From Dicyema japonicum (Eukaryota; Animalia; Dicyemida): DNA of 64,000 bases. Numbering within the stretch: the stretch's first letter is position 1; the number at the start of each line of letters is the position of its first letter. The DNA lies in assembly GCA_011109175.1 (NCBI GenBank), contig RDEW01000011.1:1298209-1362208 (forward strand), in the 5' to 3' direction. Shown piece by piece: positions 38,107 through 52,590 of this stretch. The notes under the pieces were generated by a model. It did no database searches and was not told the origin of the DNA. It worked only from the letters and a program-made list of their open reading frames with translations. Both the position numbers and the translations under genes were made by a program.

Positions 38107-39499
38107 TTTATTTTTAATGGAATTTTTAGATTTATTTCTTTTTTCATTATTAAGATATTTACGGTATAATATTTTTGTTATACTCAGTTCATAGTAGCCA
38201 TACGGCATCTGATAAAGTCACTTTCTACAATAACGGATATGGATGGATGTGAAGCTTGGAATGCATGCGCTTCACTCTGACCGTGGAAATGGATATACCT
38301 TAAGTAAACGTTCACTCTTAGCCTCTTTCAGGCACAGTTGGCATCCCTTGTGTAGTTATTTGTTTTTTTCGTCAAAGTGCATCAATTACTTTTTGCATAA
38401 AATTTCATTGTGAATAAATTAGTTATTATTTTATGCTAAAATGGCGGAAATCCTCTGAAAGATTCATTTAATTAAATTAGTCGAATTAGAAGGTCAAAAT
38501 GTCTGTTGGATCTTCGAGAGACGACCCGATCGAGAGCCAGAACCCGGAAAAGCGGGATCACTTAGTTAGTAGTTAACCTTTAACTTTTTTCTAATCCGGT
38601 GATCTTGGGGTAAAAAAAGGTCAAAAATGTTGGCATCAGTTACTAAAAAATTCACAGTGAAGTCCTTCTAATTGGCCAATTCTCAAATTGGTAAAAATAA
38701 ATTTTATGAAAAAGATTAGTAAAATTTTTTTATGTTTTTTAATAATATGTGGCCAATTTGAGAATTTAAAAAACCATTAAAATAATATACTATTTTTATC
38801 AAAATATCAGTTTTAGTAAATCCCTGTCTCAACCATATTGTAAATTTCGCCTTGTTTATAATTTTTGGAAATTTCTTAAAAGTTATCTTAAATTCTTCTA
38901 ACTCAGGTTGTTTGTCAGTTATCATTTCCCCATGTAATTTATGCATTCAAAAACCATGTCTTTTATCATTTCCCCATGTAATTTATGCAAAATCCTTTAG
39001 AATTCTTGAAATCATTAATTGATAACTTTTCAGCAATATTCTGTGGTTTTTTGATATTAGTGCATCAGTCAACAAAGCACCTAACATAAACAAATTAAAA
39101 ATACCCTTAGATTTCATCAAATGCATCGATTCTAATATTGTTGTATCAAGTTCAGGAAATTTTAACGGTTTTCATGTTTTTGTTGAAGGAATATAATTTT
39201 TAGATGTTTTTTTATGGAATCTCAGGAATTAAGAATATTATTCACGGTTTTTCTTGAAATTCGAGTTTTAAATAAATCAGAAAATCTGTGAGCGACTTTT
39301 TTGGCACGATTTAGTATTATTCTCGTCTTTATATCTCAAAATTTCGAGTTTTTAGAAAAAAATTAAGCTTTGTATAATTGCAACGAGAACTTTGCGAACA
39401 CATGGTAAAATTTTTAGTTTGAAATTTTTATTTTTTAATAAAGTAATTGAAAAAGATTAGTAAAAATAAATTTTATTTTTTAAATAATTTGTGGCCAAT

Positions 39500-40260
39500 T
39501 TGAGAATTCCTTGCATTTTAGGAAGCAGGATTCAGTTTTCAAGCATAAAAGTCTCAAAAACGTGCAATCCGTTGGCAAACTTGTCCAGAAACATCATTTT
39601 GTCACTTAACGAATCCCTTATTCGATTTTTATTTATTCCAAACCAAAGGAACTCAAAAGAGCTGTGGTTCATAATTCGAATATCTATGAAAATATCCTCT
39701 ATTCGTTTTCTGAAGAAGACAAAGGATTCCGTAATCGTGCTCAAGTTAACTACTTCACATTACTCTTTGTTAACTTCAAGTCAATCCTGCAACAATTCTC
39801 GGAAATTTTGTTATTGTTGAAAGGGCATTCCCTGGACTTCCTCCAAGGATTGATCCTCCAGGCACCATAAATTTATGGGAGTAGAAATTTCTTGCACAAT
39901 ATAATCAATCGTCGATAAGGGGGCAAAGAGCTGCAATCCCATTTCAGAAGGGATGATTTCATTTCCAAAAACTCGGGGGGTGAAACGTACCGATTACAAA
40001 AGAACAAATTCTTTGTATTTCTTCCCCACGCAGTTAAATTTACAGAAATATGAGCTTGCGACCGAATTCAGAAATAATACAAGAAAGCAACGCATTCACA
40101 GGATCCAGAATTATACTGGATAGAAGTATAGGGGGCTGATTGACAGATTGAGATAAAGGGTTCATGAGATGTCCGGGCTTAAACCCATCAACTCCTCCAC
40201 TATTTCCTTTCGGAATGATTAGAAGGTATCTCGAAGATCGGCAGTAGAAACGTCCCTCAT
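39500..40260 (-). mobile_element. Decayed CRE-like RT
   Basis: IPKGNSGGVDGFKPGHL and TPINLWCLED parallel APSSCGGLDGLRPGHL and PLNIWYLDD of the intact CRE. Confidence 0.6.
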
Positions 40261-40594
40261 GTTCTCCGATGATACTTTATTATTAAAATATTATTTTAAC
40301 CAAAAAAAATAAATCACTGTATAGAAAAATTTGATTTCAATAAAATAATTCAAATTTAGTATTTTTTTATATTTTATTAACATTAATTTTTTAGAGATCC
40401 TAGGATCTCCGAGAGTCCCATAGAGGAACTAAAGTAAGCCAATTCAATATTGACATTACATTATAAACTTAACTATTAAATCAATACAAATTGCTGTTAC
40501 AACGTATTTTTTAATATTTTTTGTCAATCTGAATTTTTTTTTCTTTTTTATTTAAAAAATAATTTATTAAGGAAAAAAGTGAGCAAATGGTCAT

Positions 40595-40840
40595 ATAGCA
40601 GCCGCCCTGACTGCGTGCCAATTCCCTCTCAGGTTGGCGAGCGAAATTCGCTCAAATAACCAGCAGCGCTTACGGGGTCATCTGATCGTGTAAAAATCTG
40701 ATTCCCTAGACGACTCAAGAATGGAACCAGACGTTTCAGCGGCGATTGGAACGAACAAAAAACCATTGGGTAGGACCTGACTACTATACCAGTTTCAACC
40801 TCTCCGCCTTCTCAGCTGCAGAACAGGTTGCAAGGGCAAA
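40595..40840 (-). mobile_element. CRE-clade 3' fragment
   Basis: FVPIAAETSG...RCWLFERISLANLRGNWHAVRAA. Confidence 0.8.
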
Positions 40841-43059
40841 ATACTTACATTTATTAAAATTCTGTTAAAATAAGAAATAAGGAAATATTGTAGAGATAAA
40901 TTCGATATTATAAAATGATTTTGCTACACATCAGCAAATTCTTTTCTTAGAGTGCTACTGATTCAATATTTCACGTCCTCCAATCTATTTTATTCAAATT
41001 GATGATCAAGTCTCCGCCATATTCAGAAACAGTAACAAATTCTTATTTCAATGTTTTTATTTTTGCATATCATCCAGCGTCTCTTAAAAAAACAAAATAG
41101 ATGTATTTCCTAACATGCAAAAATCTATATTTTCGTTTTGTCATATTTATTGTAAAAAACATGTATTTTAAAACTAAAAAGTCAATTCCTGTTTCCTGAC
41201 TTTTAAAACTAAAACTACGAGTCAGCCATTCAGTCTATGGTTTGAGGTGAAAAAAAACATATCATTTACCAATCAAGTGGTGGTGTAACACAATAGGAAT
41301 AGGTCATTAAACCATCGATTAAGGTAACTGTCCCGTATTACAAGGTTGTTGAAATAATGACGTTGATTTAATAATGATGCTATGAATTGTCAAGTGAATA
41401 AAGTATTTATTAGAGCTTAATGATTAGAGATAATTATTTAAGGATTTGGTGGATTGTTGTCCGCAGAATTATTATTTTCCTTTAATTACTAATAAATTAC
41501 ATTCCATCCTAAAATGTCACATAAACGAAAGGATGTGTATTTTGAAGAATTATCGTCATTTTGTCTATTATCATCCTTCCCATTAAATTAGAATATACCC
41601 CCCATCCCATAATATCGGTTATTCTGAATGATTTGTTGCTCATTTATTTGTCACTAAATTTTTCTTTATATTATTAACATTTATCAAATTAATCTTCCAT
41701 CCAACTGAGATTGTTTTTTAAAGAAAACATTTTTATTAATTTGCAAACAAAACCCTTCAATCGTCTTTTATCTCAGAAAAAATTTGCTTACAGTTAAGAA
41801 TTCGGATTTTAATTTATATTTAAAATAAATTTCTAAATTTTAATGATAAGTTCGAAATATAATTACTGATTTATTTGATTAATTTAATTTTTTGCTTGCT
41901 GTTTTGATTTTTTATGACACCAAGAGTAAAATTCTTATTTGTTTGATAATCATAGAGTCTGGAAAGCGAGTTTGTGTCAAACGTAAATAAACCAAAACTC
42001 ATGAAATATTGTTCTGCTGAGAGAATACAATAAATTTATTATTGATCTGAGTAAATTATCCTTGAAGAGAGTGAGAGGTATTTGTTGTATTCTCATATAA
42101 TGTAGAATGATATTTGAAGATGGAAAGCACTATGATAAAATAGTTCAATAAAATGGCTGTTTAAAAAAGTAACATTTCTAAGTCTTTTTCCAAAATGAAC
42201 AATACTGATTTTTGGATGAATTTAAAAATAGGGATCATAGAGAGGAGTTTTTAAACAAGAAAATGTGGAAAAATTATATATTGGGGAACGATGACTTCAT
42301 CATTTATATAACCTCACATTATGGGCATCATGTTTTTGATCAACAAATAAGCCACATGAACATCACCTAGGATGTTCTCTCTAGGTTTCAGCTTTGTTAT
42401 ATATTTTGTCAGATCTTTCCTTAAAATAATAAGCAAATACAATAAAAGCATACAAATTAAAATCTGAGACGATAATTGTTACAAAAACATAGCAAAATAT
42501 TTATGGGCTAAATTTAGGACAATTAGAAACTCAACTTAACTCGTATCTCTGGTACTTTTATTTGTGGATATAAGGGATAACAGTACTTCTCAAAATACCA
42601 AACACTATCAAAGGTCCACTATCAACTACATATATCACAAAACCAACCAGATCTTCCATAAACACTACTAATAAGCTGATCCGCCGATTCTAACGGATAT
42701 GGTGAGACATACAAGTCAGTCAAAGAAAGAAACAGCTTCCCAATCACGGCCAAGCGATCCAATGTAATCAAAGGCATGCTGCAACTGAATCCGCTCACAC
42801 TTTTAGGTTGTCCGGCATTATACTAAATCAACAAAATAAACAACCTCCTGGGGACCATAGTAGCTTTCGCTCCCAAAATATGTGTCATGAACATCTGAAA
42901 ATAGAAAATGTCCTCCATAGTGACGTAACCATCCTATAGGAGCTCTTACGGTTTAATACATTCATGTCATAATCTTCCAACAGAATTTCCCCTTTGTGAA
43001 TTATCATTGGGGTAAAAACCTCACTCATTTGCTTAATCCTGTTCAGATTCTATTCATGT

Positions 43060-43400
43060 GACCTAACTATCTCAAATTATCAATTTTTCTGCTTCTCTGT
43101 GGAGTCAACTCCTTGCTCGCTGTGGTCAGTCCAACCAGTTGACTCAGGGGTATGTCCGCATTAATGACTCTTTCAAACAATACATAACTCTGAGACCTCA
43201 CTAATACTGTATTCGACTTATTTCGCATGTTAAATAGGAGGGAACTAAGTTTAGTAAAATATTTTTTCCAAGTGTCCCCCATAAGGTCAAACAGGGTTCT
43301 CTCAATCTCCCTAGACATCATCGGTAATCGATCCCTCACAACCGTTCCCTCATAACTTTCTCCAAGGATTTAGCAGCTTTTGACTTGAGAGAATGACTCG
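43060..43400 (-). mobile_element. Integrase C-terminal fragment
   Basis: ERTLFDLMGDTWKKYFTKLSSLLFNMRN resembles the post-ERxN region of rve integrases. Confidence 0.45.
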
Positions 43401-43559
43401 TTTTTTACTAGATCGACATTTTCCTCGCTGTCTATTGGGATCCTTTTTTAAGACAAAATAAAAACGAGTCATAACGTAGGAGAGGTTGATTTCGTGATAC
43501 ATTCTTTTTAGTTGTCATTTAACTATTTTATTGTGGGATGATTTGATCATTAATAAGCT

Positions 43560-44420
43560 TATGAATGATTTAATCTTAGTTATTTTTCGCGATGCCATGG
43601 GTCATGACAAAGCTTGTGCAGCACAGGAAACAATAAGAGTCATTAATTTCTTCCATTCCCCCTGTCCTGGGCAACGTCCGTAAGGTGTCAAGGTCCTCCC
43701 CGTCTTTTAATTGTTTCCCCACTCTCCGAAGGTTTCTATCCAGCGTAGCCGGGAGAGTATTTCTCGGGCGCCCTCTGAAACGAGGTCCGTCAGCTTCAAA
43801 ATAGTCCCCCTTGGAAGTATTTTCTGGTGCCTCCAAATTCATTTTTAGAATGTGTCTGAATAGTCTCCACCTGCATGCCGTTATTTCTAGTGAGATAGGT
43901 TTGCTTGATGTCCTGGTATAAACTATTTTGCTTCCGAGCCTTGAATGCCATGTTGAGGCTAGAGTAAGTCGAAGCTGATCTCTATAGAACGAGTCTAGAT
44001 TGTGATTGTCCGTATCAGAAAGTCCCCATATTCCGGCATTGTAGAGAATAGGTTTTACCAGTGAATTGTATAAACGTATCCGTGTTTGTGTACTCAATCC
44101 TTATGCTTTAGCCAGTTTTCCTTTAGGTGCACTGTTTGCATTTGTTTTCAGAATAATTACGTCTTGTTCATCTCCCACAACGATCCGAGCTTCTTTTCTT
44201 TACTCCTCTCCAATGTTCATCCAGTTTGGATTTTTGTCTGACTAGTTCAGTCAATTCTGTTTTCTCCACAGTTACATTGAGGAACCACTCGGCAAGTTTA
44301 TTTGGCATCACCTCCAATAGGCTTTTCAGAGCATTCATGTCGAGAGAAATGAAATCCACGTCATCCGCATAACCCACCACATCGATTTTTTGTTTCATAG
44401 TATGGTTTTAGCTCCCTCAA
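43560..44420 (-). mobile_element. 5'-truncated RTE-like LINE
   Basis: VVGYADDVDF, RIRLYNSLVKPILYNAGIWGL, RWRLFRHIL, RFRGRPRNTLP. Confidence 0.85.
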
Positions 44421-44859
44421 TGAAGCTGCCATTTTCGCCGTTCATGATTAGAGGGTCTTGTCGTTTAGGTCTCGCAGATTATATTTGAATTATTTGTAAT
44501 TCTAGTTTGGGAGAATAGTGTTTCACGAAGGGACCTTCAACTTCAAAAAAGCCATACAGAACAAGCATAAAAGGTAAAAGACGTCCATTCTTTGCAATTG
44601 TGGAAACCCTTCCAGTGCAAGGGGAAAAGTAAATGATCTTTTTTGGTATCAGTCCTCCACTGGGCGTCACCTGAGAAGGTGGATCACATGACGCCACTCT
44701 AGTAAGAATAGGCAGATTAGGAACAGACAAAACAAACAGAAAACTTCAATTAATTAGCCATGTAGCACCACATGACGCCACGCGGAAAAAATCAGAATCT
44801 TGATGTCTTTAAGGAAATCGAAGACGAGTTTGGTTAATAGCTTTTTAATTTAAATTTAT

Positions 44860-45200
44860 TGAACCAAAAAAACACCTTCATAACCAAAACGAAAAATTCA
44901 GGTAATCCCGGCTTCCCTTAGCAGTCTTCTCATCTTTTTCTGATGTTCAGACTTGTTCCGGCACATTTGCGATAAGGACGGAGTTCACGAGCACGAATCC
45001 TCCACTAGAAAAATAGATCCAGTCGCATTAAGAATTCTTTGCAAGAAGACTACCTCTATATTTTGGCGCCTTTTCTTGAACGTTGTAGATCTTGATCATG
45101 TTCGTTGCGGCAGGTTTGTCACCCAAGCAGCATATCCATAACCAATTGTAGGTTCAATGTACTGCTTTTAGAGTGTATCCAATCCATTTAGGCCTTCAAA
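44860..45200 (-). mobile_element. Jockey/I-like LINE 3' end
   Basis: YGYAAWVTNL...LLREAGIT* plus 3' UTR and aataaa. Confidence 0.7.
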
Positions 45201-45779
45201 TCAGCATTCAAATCAGGAAGGTCATTGAAAAGGTTAGAATGTTATTAGAGAAAATCCTTGTGAATTTTCTATCAAATCAAGAATTTTTTAACAAATCGTG
45301 GTTTTGATTCAAAAGGAATAAAAAATAGTAATAAATTCAGTTTTAAATCGAAAATTTCAGTATTTTTGGCAGAGATCCTACAAAGTGTTCCAAAAACTGA
45401 TGTGTTCCACCCCGAGTTCCGTTCCAAATCGGAATCTGACTGAATCTCGAATCTAGATTTTCTGTTAATAAGTTTTTTCTATAAAAAATGGAAAAACAAC
45501 ATGTTTCTTAATGCATATACGGCTATTTTAAAAAATATCCTTCCACATCACTAATTATTCAGAAAAGATTTTAATTATTGATAAAATTATTATCTAAAGA
45601 CCGAAATTTTTAACCTAAAAAAGTTTTTAATTACATTATTATAAATTTTAATAAAGTTTAGATTAGTTTTTTTTTCATATTAAAAAAAATTTTCTAGATA
45701 AATTTTTCATAAAGTCAACAAAATTCAAAATTTGTCTAATTTTATTTTAAATTAATGGAAATAATTAAGATCATACATT

Positions 45780-46600
45780 AACACGGCCATCCATCCAAAG
45801 TGGACCCCGCCGACATTATCGACGTTGCGTTGCCTCTCACGATTGCAACAGAGATCAACTGGAAAAGCCACGGGTCTCACGTGCGTCGTGGCTTTTTAGT
45901 GTAGCTAGGCGTCCAAGTTTCTTTAGGAAGCGAAGCGATTTTCCATTTATTCCTCCAGTTGTTTCGACACAATCGGATAAAACGCGAATCGGTCGCGTAG
46001 TGTTTCGTATTTCTTCTCCTTTGCCCTCATCGTTTTTTTCCGCGGCATACAATGTGTCTACCGCGCTCCCGACAATGTTGGACGGGCAAAGCATGTCAAC
46101 ATAAGTAGCGTCCCAGACCAAAGGTACCCCTCTTCAAATAGGAAAATTGTGATCCCATCGGGACGTTTTCCGTCTCCTCTGTCCAGGCCAACAGGTTCTA
46201 GTATGGCTGGGTATCCCGCAGCTTGACAATTGCGTTGATCGCCTTGTGTCTTGGGAATCGTCCTGCACTTCTTAGACAAGAGAGGGCATGGTATCCATAA
46301 CAATCGACGGTGGAGCCACACCGGCATTTATGAGTCCGGCAAATCTCAAGTCCAAGTCGGGTGGAGATGCTGATGCGGACAGTATCCTCGTCAATGTGGG
46401 TCCCAACACTACCAACGGGGATTGCATTGATCCAAGCGCCACTCGATTCGCATCTTCCGATGACTAGACAGGCACGTTGTGCTGGTTTGATTGGTTCAGA
46501 AGCCTCTCATCTTTATCCTTGCAGATTGTCCTGTACGGTCTTTCTGCTCAGGCATCATCCCCTTCAAATGCTCCATATCTGTGATTTCAGCTGAATTTTA
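45780..46600 (-). mobile_element. CRE-clade LINE 3' part (second subfamily)
   Basis: ESSGAWINAIP, CRCG...HALSC, LEPVGLDRGDGKRPDGIT, LVWDAT, VETTG. Confidence 0.85.
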
Positions 46601-47272
46601 AAGTCAATCAAATTTTTGAATTTTTAAAGTCAATTTTTAGGTCAAAATTTCGTTTTTATAAAGTCAAAATAAAAATCGCCCTAGTCATCACCTAAGTGAC
46701 AAACACAAGGCTAACCGTTTGGGATTTTCAGAAATGTTGAGTTCACATTAAGGATCAGCAATGATTTCTTAGCGTATAATGTTATTTCGCGAAAATTTTA
46801 ATTTTCTAATGGTATTGAAGCTCTCACATAAAGGATTTCTTTGATAGAATGTTCTATTTCTGACAGGGGGTCGACAAACATCTTCCATGTAGGTCAGGTT
46901 AACCAGAGAAGGTTGAACGCGAACCGTAAGAATATTTGGGATGGAACTTTCTCGTTGATCTTAAGTGCAGCCAAATTTAATAAGTACATTTTTCCAGAAA
47001 ACCCTCGGTGGAGCAGAAAGATAATGAAGAGGGTCGTAATTTTTAGCCTTTGTTTTACGTGGTAGATTATTGCGTTAAAAAATCCATCCAGGCCTGTCTT
47101 TTATTTACAGTCAACAGACCAAGGGAGCACCCCATGCAATAATGCGGGGGTAGGGGAAAGAATAGTTTAGGAGAACCATTTCTCCCGATTGTAGAGGCAC
47201 CAACATATCGGAAATTCTCTCTAAATTACTTTTTTGAATAAAACTTAACTAAACAACACACAATTTTTTAAA

Positions 47273-48274
47273 TCAAATAATCTCAAAATCTCCATTGGCT
47301 AGCACCTTAATGGATCCCTCAGGAATACACGACAGCTCCCCCACAGCTAATTCCTTCTTATAATCAGCGACAGCTTCTTCTGCTGAACATTCACTCAAAT
47401 CAATATAAAATGGTAGTAACGGGGACTTGTGCAACTTCACCCCCGCTGTCTTTATGTTATTCCACCCTCCTGGAATTTTAACGACGATTCTATTAAAGGC
47501 TTCAATTATGTTATCAGCCAAGAACTGCTCCCCCAACGAGCTGGTTCCAACCATGAAGGAACTAAAAGATGAAGACCAATCTTACCTAGTAGAAGCTCCC
47601 CCTCGAATAATACAGCCAATAGTGCACAAAGCTCGACGGACTTCTCTTGGAAGACTGAACTCAGAACAATTCAAGGGAATCGGGATCCTCAGAGTTAACC
47701 CACATTTACTTTGCAGAAATCATAAACTTTGACCCCAGGAAATTACGCACGTGGTGCTTTACTGATTTGTCCACCCAAAACACGTCAAATGAGGCAGCCA
47801 GGTTCCTTTTCGCCTCGAAGGGGATGAACTCTTGTTTGAGTTTCAACATTGGGAAGATCTGGGGTCAAAATCAAAGAAACCTCAATGGATTCTCCACACT
47901 TTGTTTTATTTAGTCTTTGTTTGACTGTCTCGACTGTGTGACGCACACCAACAGCTTCGTTTAGTCTAAGAGCTATCAATTGTTGTTGTAGGAGTTCCTG
48001 CTGATCCTCTGTAGACAGCTTAAGATCTTTGTGGAATAAGCAGATTTGAGGATTCTCCGGAACAGTTCTGTGAGGAAGTCTGCAATAAATTATGGTTTTG
48101 GATGATTTTAGAGGTTTCTTTAGAGAAAATTGAACATATATTTTGGATTCTGCAGAGGAATTGAAAATGTCCTTATTTTCCTTGTACAGTTTTGTATTAT
48201 ATTGTAACAATGCATGAACTGCTTCTTTGAGCTATTTATGACGGAAAATTTACCACCTTAATTGAGTTGAGCAT
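47273..48274 (-). CDS. RSL1D1: Ribosomal L1 domain-containing protein 1
   Basis: MLNSIK|LKEAVHALL, CRLPH...QICLFHKD, LKLKQEF...AKRNLAASFDVFWVD, VGTSSL...LADNI...IPGGWNNIK...SPLLPFY; 22-25-nt introns. Confidence 0.85.
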
Positions 48275-49269
48275 GAAAACAAAATCCACGTGCAATATTT
48301 AAAATATCTTATTTATTTATTTTATTTGTTAATTACGTTAAAGTTTAAATTTTATTAAAATTTTAACTTTTTTGTTGTCAATTTATAATATTGTTCTGTT
48401 GTTACAATGGTCAAGATGGTTATGGTAATTGAGTTACCAATATGGTTTTCTAAGAGAATCTAACACATCGTCGTAAATTTATCCTGGTTCTTCTTTAGAT
48501 AATATATTGATTTTGATGTCGGATGGTGGCTTCTGTTATCTAAATAAGTACCTTTATCCTTTTGTGGACTCTTATGTGCCTGGATTTTACTTATTTCTAG
48601 CAAATATATAATATTTGTCGAATTGTTTGATTATTCGCCTCAACTCTCTTACCATGGGTAAATTGTAGATACCCTGCCTGAGGAGCTACCTGTGCGGATG
48701 GCAGTGTCGTTCCTACGGGGCCATAGATGCAGACAGAACGCTGTAGGGGTCAGCAGGTCAAACCCATTGGTTACACATCATTAATTTATATTCACTTTTT
48801 TCTTGATGTTTTTTCATCATAGGTAGGATCGACTGCTAGTTATCACCTTGTTCTATTGAGGGCGCTGAAGACTTCGAGCGCATTGGTTTTAATCGATGGC
48901 AGATGCCTGTTCGCTGTGAATTTGTGATGAAGCGCGGTCAGTGACCTCCTTGTTATGACAGCGATGTCACGCTCGTCCAGCATAACTTGGGAGACGACGG
49001 TTGTTTTTCCTTGCTGTACTTTTCTGTTTTGATTTTTTGTGTATTTTTTGATCATGAAACATTTCCCACAATATCCTGTCATCAACCTCCCGTGGAGTTT
49101 AAACCGACCAAAAGGGACAAAGAGCTAATCGAACTTACAGAGGAGATAACTCAGCCAACCAATCTGTTTGGATGACCTGTGTGACATTTTACAAGTTTTC
49201 AAACCCACCAAGAAACAGAAAAACAACAAATTTACTCCAAACCTGGTAAAGCTTTCCGCAGAATATGCT

Positions 49270-50244
49270 AAAATGACACACACGCCTGACCACGTGTCTA
49301 GACATGATATAAGGTAGCATTCTATGTATAAAAAGTTCTCTTTTCCCTAAAAAACCTGCTCAGTCAAGCCATCAGAATCGTCTCTCCCGTTTATCAAGGG
49401 GATTGGATCTCTCAACCTCTGGGTTTACAAACTCTGGAGACATTGTGGGAACGTGTGTTGATCTGGAGAAGGATTACTTTCGCCTCACTTCCGTTTCCTT
49501 CTTTCGTTACCATTAGGAGATTGATCCTTCCAAAGTTAGACCTGAAGGAGTCCTCAGAAAGTCTTTGGAGCTTGTTAAGGAAGTTTGGGAAAAAGAACGT
49601 AACTATTCGTACGTTTCTGATCAACTCAAGTCCATTCGGCAGGACCTGACTGTTCAGGGGATTCGTAATGGGTTCACTATTGCTGTGTATGACACCCACG
49701 TACGCATGGCTCTGATGGTAGGGGATTGGACAGAGTTTGGGCAATGCCTTACTCAGTTGAAAGCTCTTTATGGGGGTGAGTTTTGTGGGGAATTAATGAG
49801 CATTTATATTTTAAATTGTATTTTCACACATCACAATGCTGGTTGACATGTGACTTATTTAAGGATTGATGGAGGCTATCTCCTGCTTGGGGAAGGAGGA
49901 GAGGAAGGATCTTTATGTGAAGGAAGCTTTGAGACTACAGAGGGCGTACGAGACTAAGGATTTAGTGGGTTTCTTTGGAGTCTACAGAGAGTTCCCGGGG
50001 TTGGAAAGAAGGTGGTGGATTGGTTTGTGGAGTCATTTAGAAAGAAAGTGTTTGAGATGATATGTCGATCGTAAGTGATGTGTTGATGTGTAGTTACAGA
50101 CCTAAATTATCTGTTGAGGCAGCCGGGAGAATGCTCGGGTATTTGTCGGAGGAGGAGTTTATTGTATTCTTGACTGACTGTGGTGCTGTTATAGTGGACA
50201 ATCATATTGATTGCAAAGAAACTATATTTATTTTGATGAAATAA
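49270..50244 (+). CDS. LENG8: LENG8/THP3-type SAC3/GANP domain protein
   Basis: IVGTCVDLEKDYFRLTS|EIDPSKVRPEGVL, DQLKSIRQDLTVQGIRNGFTIAVYDTH, YRP; 24-nt intron gtttccttctttcgttaccattag; start codon not resolved. Confidence 0.85.
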
Positions 50245-50279
50245 ATATTTTTGTGATTTCGTCAATCTTAAGGACAAGG

Positions 50280-50830
50280 AACCGAGATACTTTTCTTTCA
50301 CTGAGAAAGCATCCATTAATTCATCACCACCGAAGGAACACCAGGAAATATCAAATCTGACATACAAGTTAACTTTACGAAGTGATTTTTGTCGAACAGC
50401 AACGGAAGCGAAGTAGTTTTCAACTATGGTGATGTTGATTGGTTCTGTATTGGTAAAATTCATTGTCATTTCGAGCTCCCGTAGAGAGGGCAAGGCAATA
50501 TGGGAGTCGTCGAACATGACGTCAATGGGACTCACAATTATAGCATCATCTAGGTACCACAAATTGAAGGGAGATTTTATATTTGTAGATTATCAAAGAA
50601 AAAAAAGATCCCAGTGGGCTTCCTTGTTGGACGCCCGTCTGTGAGTGGACGAACTTTTCTTCAAACTCAAGAGCGCTTTCCGTTTCGTACTTTGAATACG
50701 AGATTTCATATCTCTAGAGCGAACTTTCCATGTCTCCAGAAAGTTGCTGGCAATATTTATGAAAATAAAATTTTCGACCTTTTCTTGCGTGGGGACCAAC
50801 CCTCGTGGTCTCAAAATTTACTAATTTATA
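50280..50830 (-). mobile_element. Decayed CRE-like RT fragment
   Basis: TGVQQGSPLGSFFF and SPFNLWYLDDA. Confidence 0.75.
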
Positions 50831-51169
50831 GATTGAAGTTCTCAGCAACTAACCCCAACAACCAATGATAAAAAAACTACAAAAACTTGGATAAATAAAT
50901 AATCGTGATCAGATCCTTGGTAAGATAAACCGGCTAATGGATTTTTAAACCTCGTGAAAATTATGGCCTAATTTGCGTTTTCAAAACTTCTCAGGGAGTG
51001 GGGGCATTAGCGACGTTGGAGTTATTAGCAGGGCAACACTTTCTGCTGCCCGGGAATAGTAAAGTAAGTTAAGTTCAAAATTGTTTCATAATTTAAGATT
51101 AGCCTGACCGCCGAATAAATAATCTATTTTGCTTATATAGTTTTGTAACCCCGCATGTTGGACTAGGGA

Positions 51170-52590
51170 AGTGTCGCTTCCATTAATGTCTCAGAAGCTG
51201 ACAGCAATATTTTTTACCGGCAATAGTAGAAATCTAGTCGTGGGTATTTTTGAGGTGTGTTGGACCATCTGTCCTCTCCCATTTGAATTCCAAAAGTTGG
51301 TGATATGTTTGAGTGCTTCTAATCACGTCCTCAGTATGAGCAAGGAGTTTTGTTTAGAATTATGTAATATATTTAATTATCAGTGTTATTTGAGATATAC
51401 TGGTTCATTAGGGTAGCATACTTCCCGTATATTCTTTCAACGTAATACACAGGATCGGGAGGTGTGCTGAAGTTATATATAAACTACAATGAATTGGAAG
51501 GTATTTAGATCTTTCTAGCTGTTATCTTTCGTTTGGAAAAAGTGGGCTCCTCAATATGCATAAATTACGAAATATTATTGTATTGACTTATAATCTCCTA
51601 TCAACTTTGGAATTAACACCATTGATTTACAAATTACCCATTTTATAGGATATGAGGTCAACGTGGTAGAAGACTTATTGAAATCAGTGGTTATGCGAGA
51701 TATAACCTCTTTAAAGACGACTAGCCTTGACGGAGTTCAAGTGTCCTCACTGCCTCTCGTCCCCTTTTCATGGTGGATTCGGAAGACATTGGATACAATG
51801 ACTATTCGAAATAAAATATCTGGGATTACACTGAACTGTATTCTCCCAGAGAACGACAACTTGTTAGTCTCCCACTAAAAGTAATCCCGACTGACTGACC
51901 TCCATATTTTTAAATTTATATTGCTGATTTATCGATTGAAGTGGAGATATACAATCTAGATTGATAACTGAAGTATCAAAAGGGTTCATTCTTTCGCATT
52001 CCTGGGTCAAGCACTCAAGAGGACTGAGATATCGGTTGAAAAAGAATCTGACTGTAAAATTTAGACCGATTTGAATTCAAGAATGTACCTGTTCATGAGA
52101 AATCCATAAAGACCTTGCTTCATGACACTTCGGAGAAGTCAGCTGATAGCTAAATAAACACTAATTTAAGCAGAGGTGCATCTCCTTTTCAACCTTTACC
52201 AATTAATATGTTAGCCAACTAGTCCTTGTTTTGATCATTTCTTGAAAAATGCCTTTTTACACAGTTAAGGTTAGCTTATGAGATAGCTATTTTATTCAAA
52301 AATGTGCTTACATTGGTTCATCTATGATCCTTCATACGGCAAAGAATTTTTATTCACCGTATGGAAAGGGTCTGCACTAATTATGACATTGAGCACAGAT
52401 GTAAAAGACCTAGGGTTCCTTGGATATATGATCTCAGGAACCCTAAGTATTTTGCTGTCTTCAAGGACCCATATGAAACGGATACAAAGTCGTTAATTCC
52501 TTCAGTCCTGATTCGGTTTTTCGCCAGAGGGGAGATTATTCGGAGTATTCTTTGGAGGTCAGTAAGGATTCTACGTACTCTCTGAGGTTA
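51170..52590 (+). CDS. Possible unidentified multi-exon gene
   Basis: Several coding-like ORF pieces (51663-51878, 52361-52585) with candidate micro-introns; no family recognised. Confidence 0.3.

Noticed and set aside
50107-50562. Novel 151-aa protein overlapping LENG8 antisense
   Set aside because: It begins with WYLDD of a decayed CRE reverse transcriptase and reads on by chance
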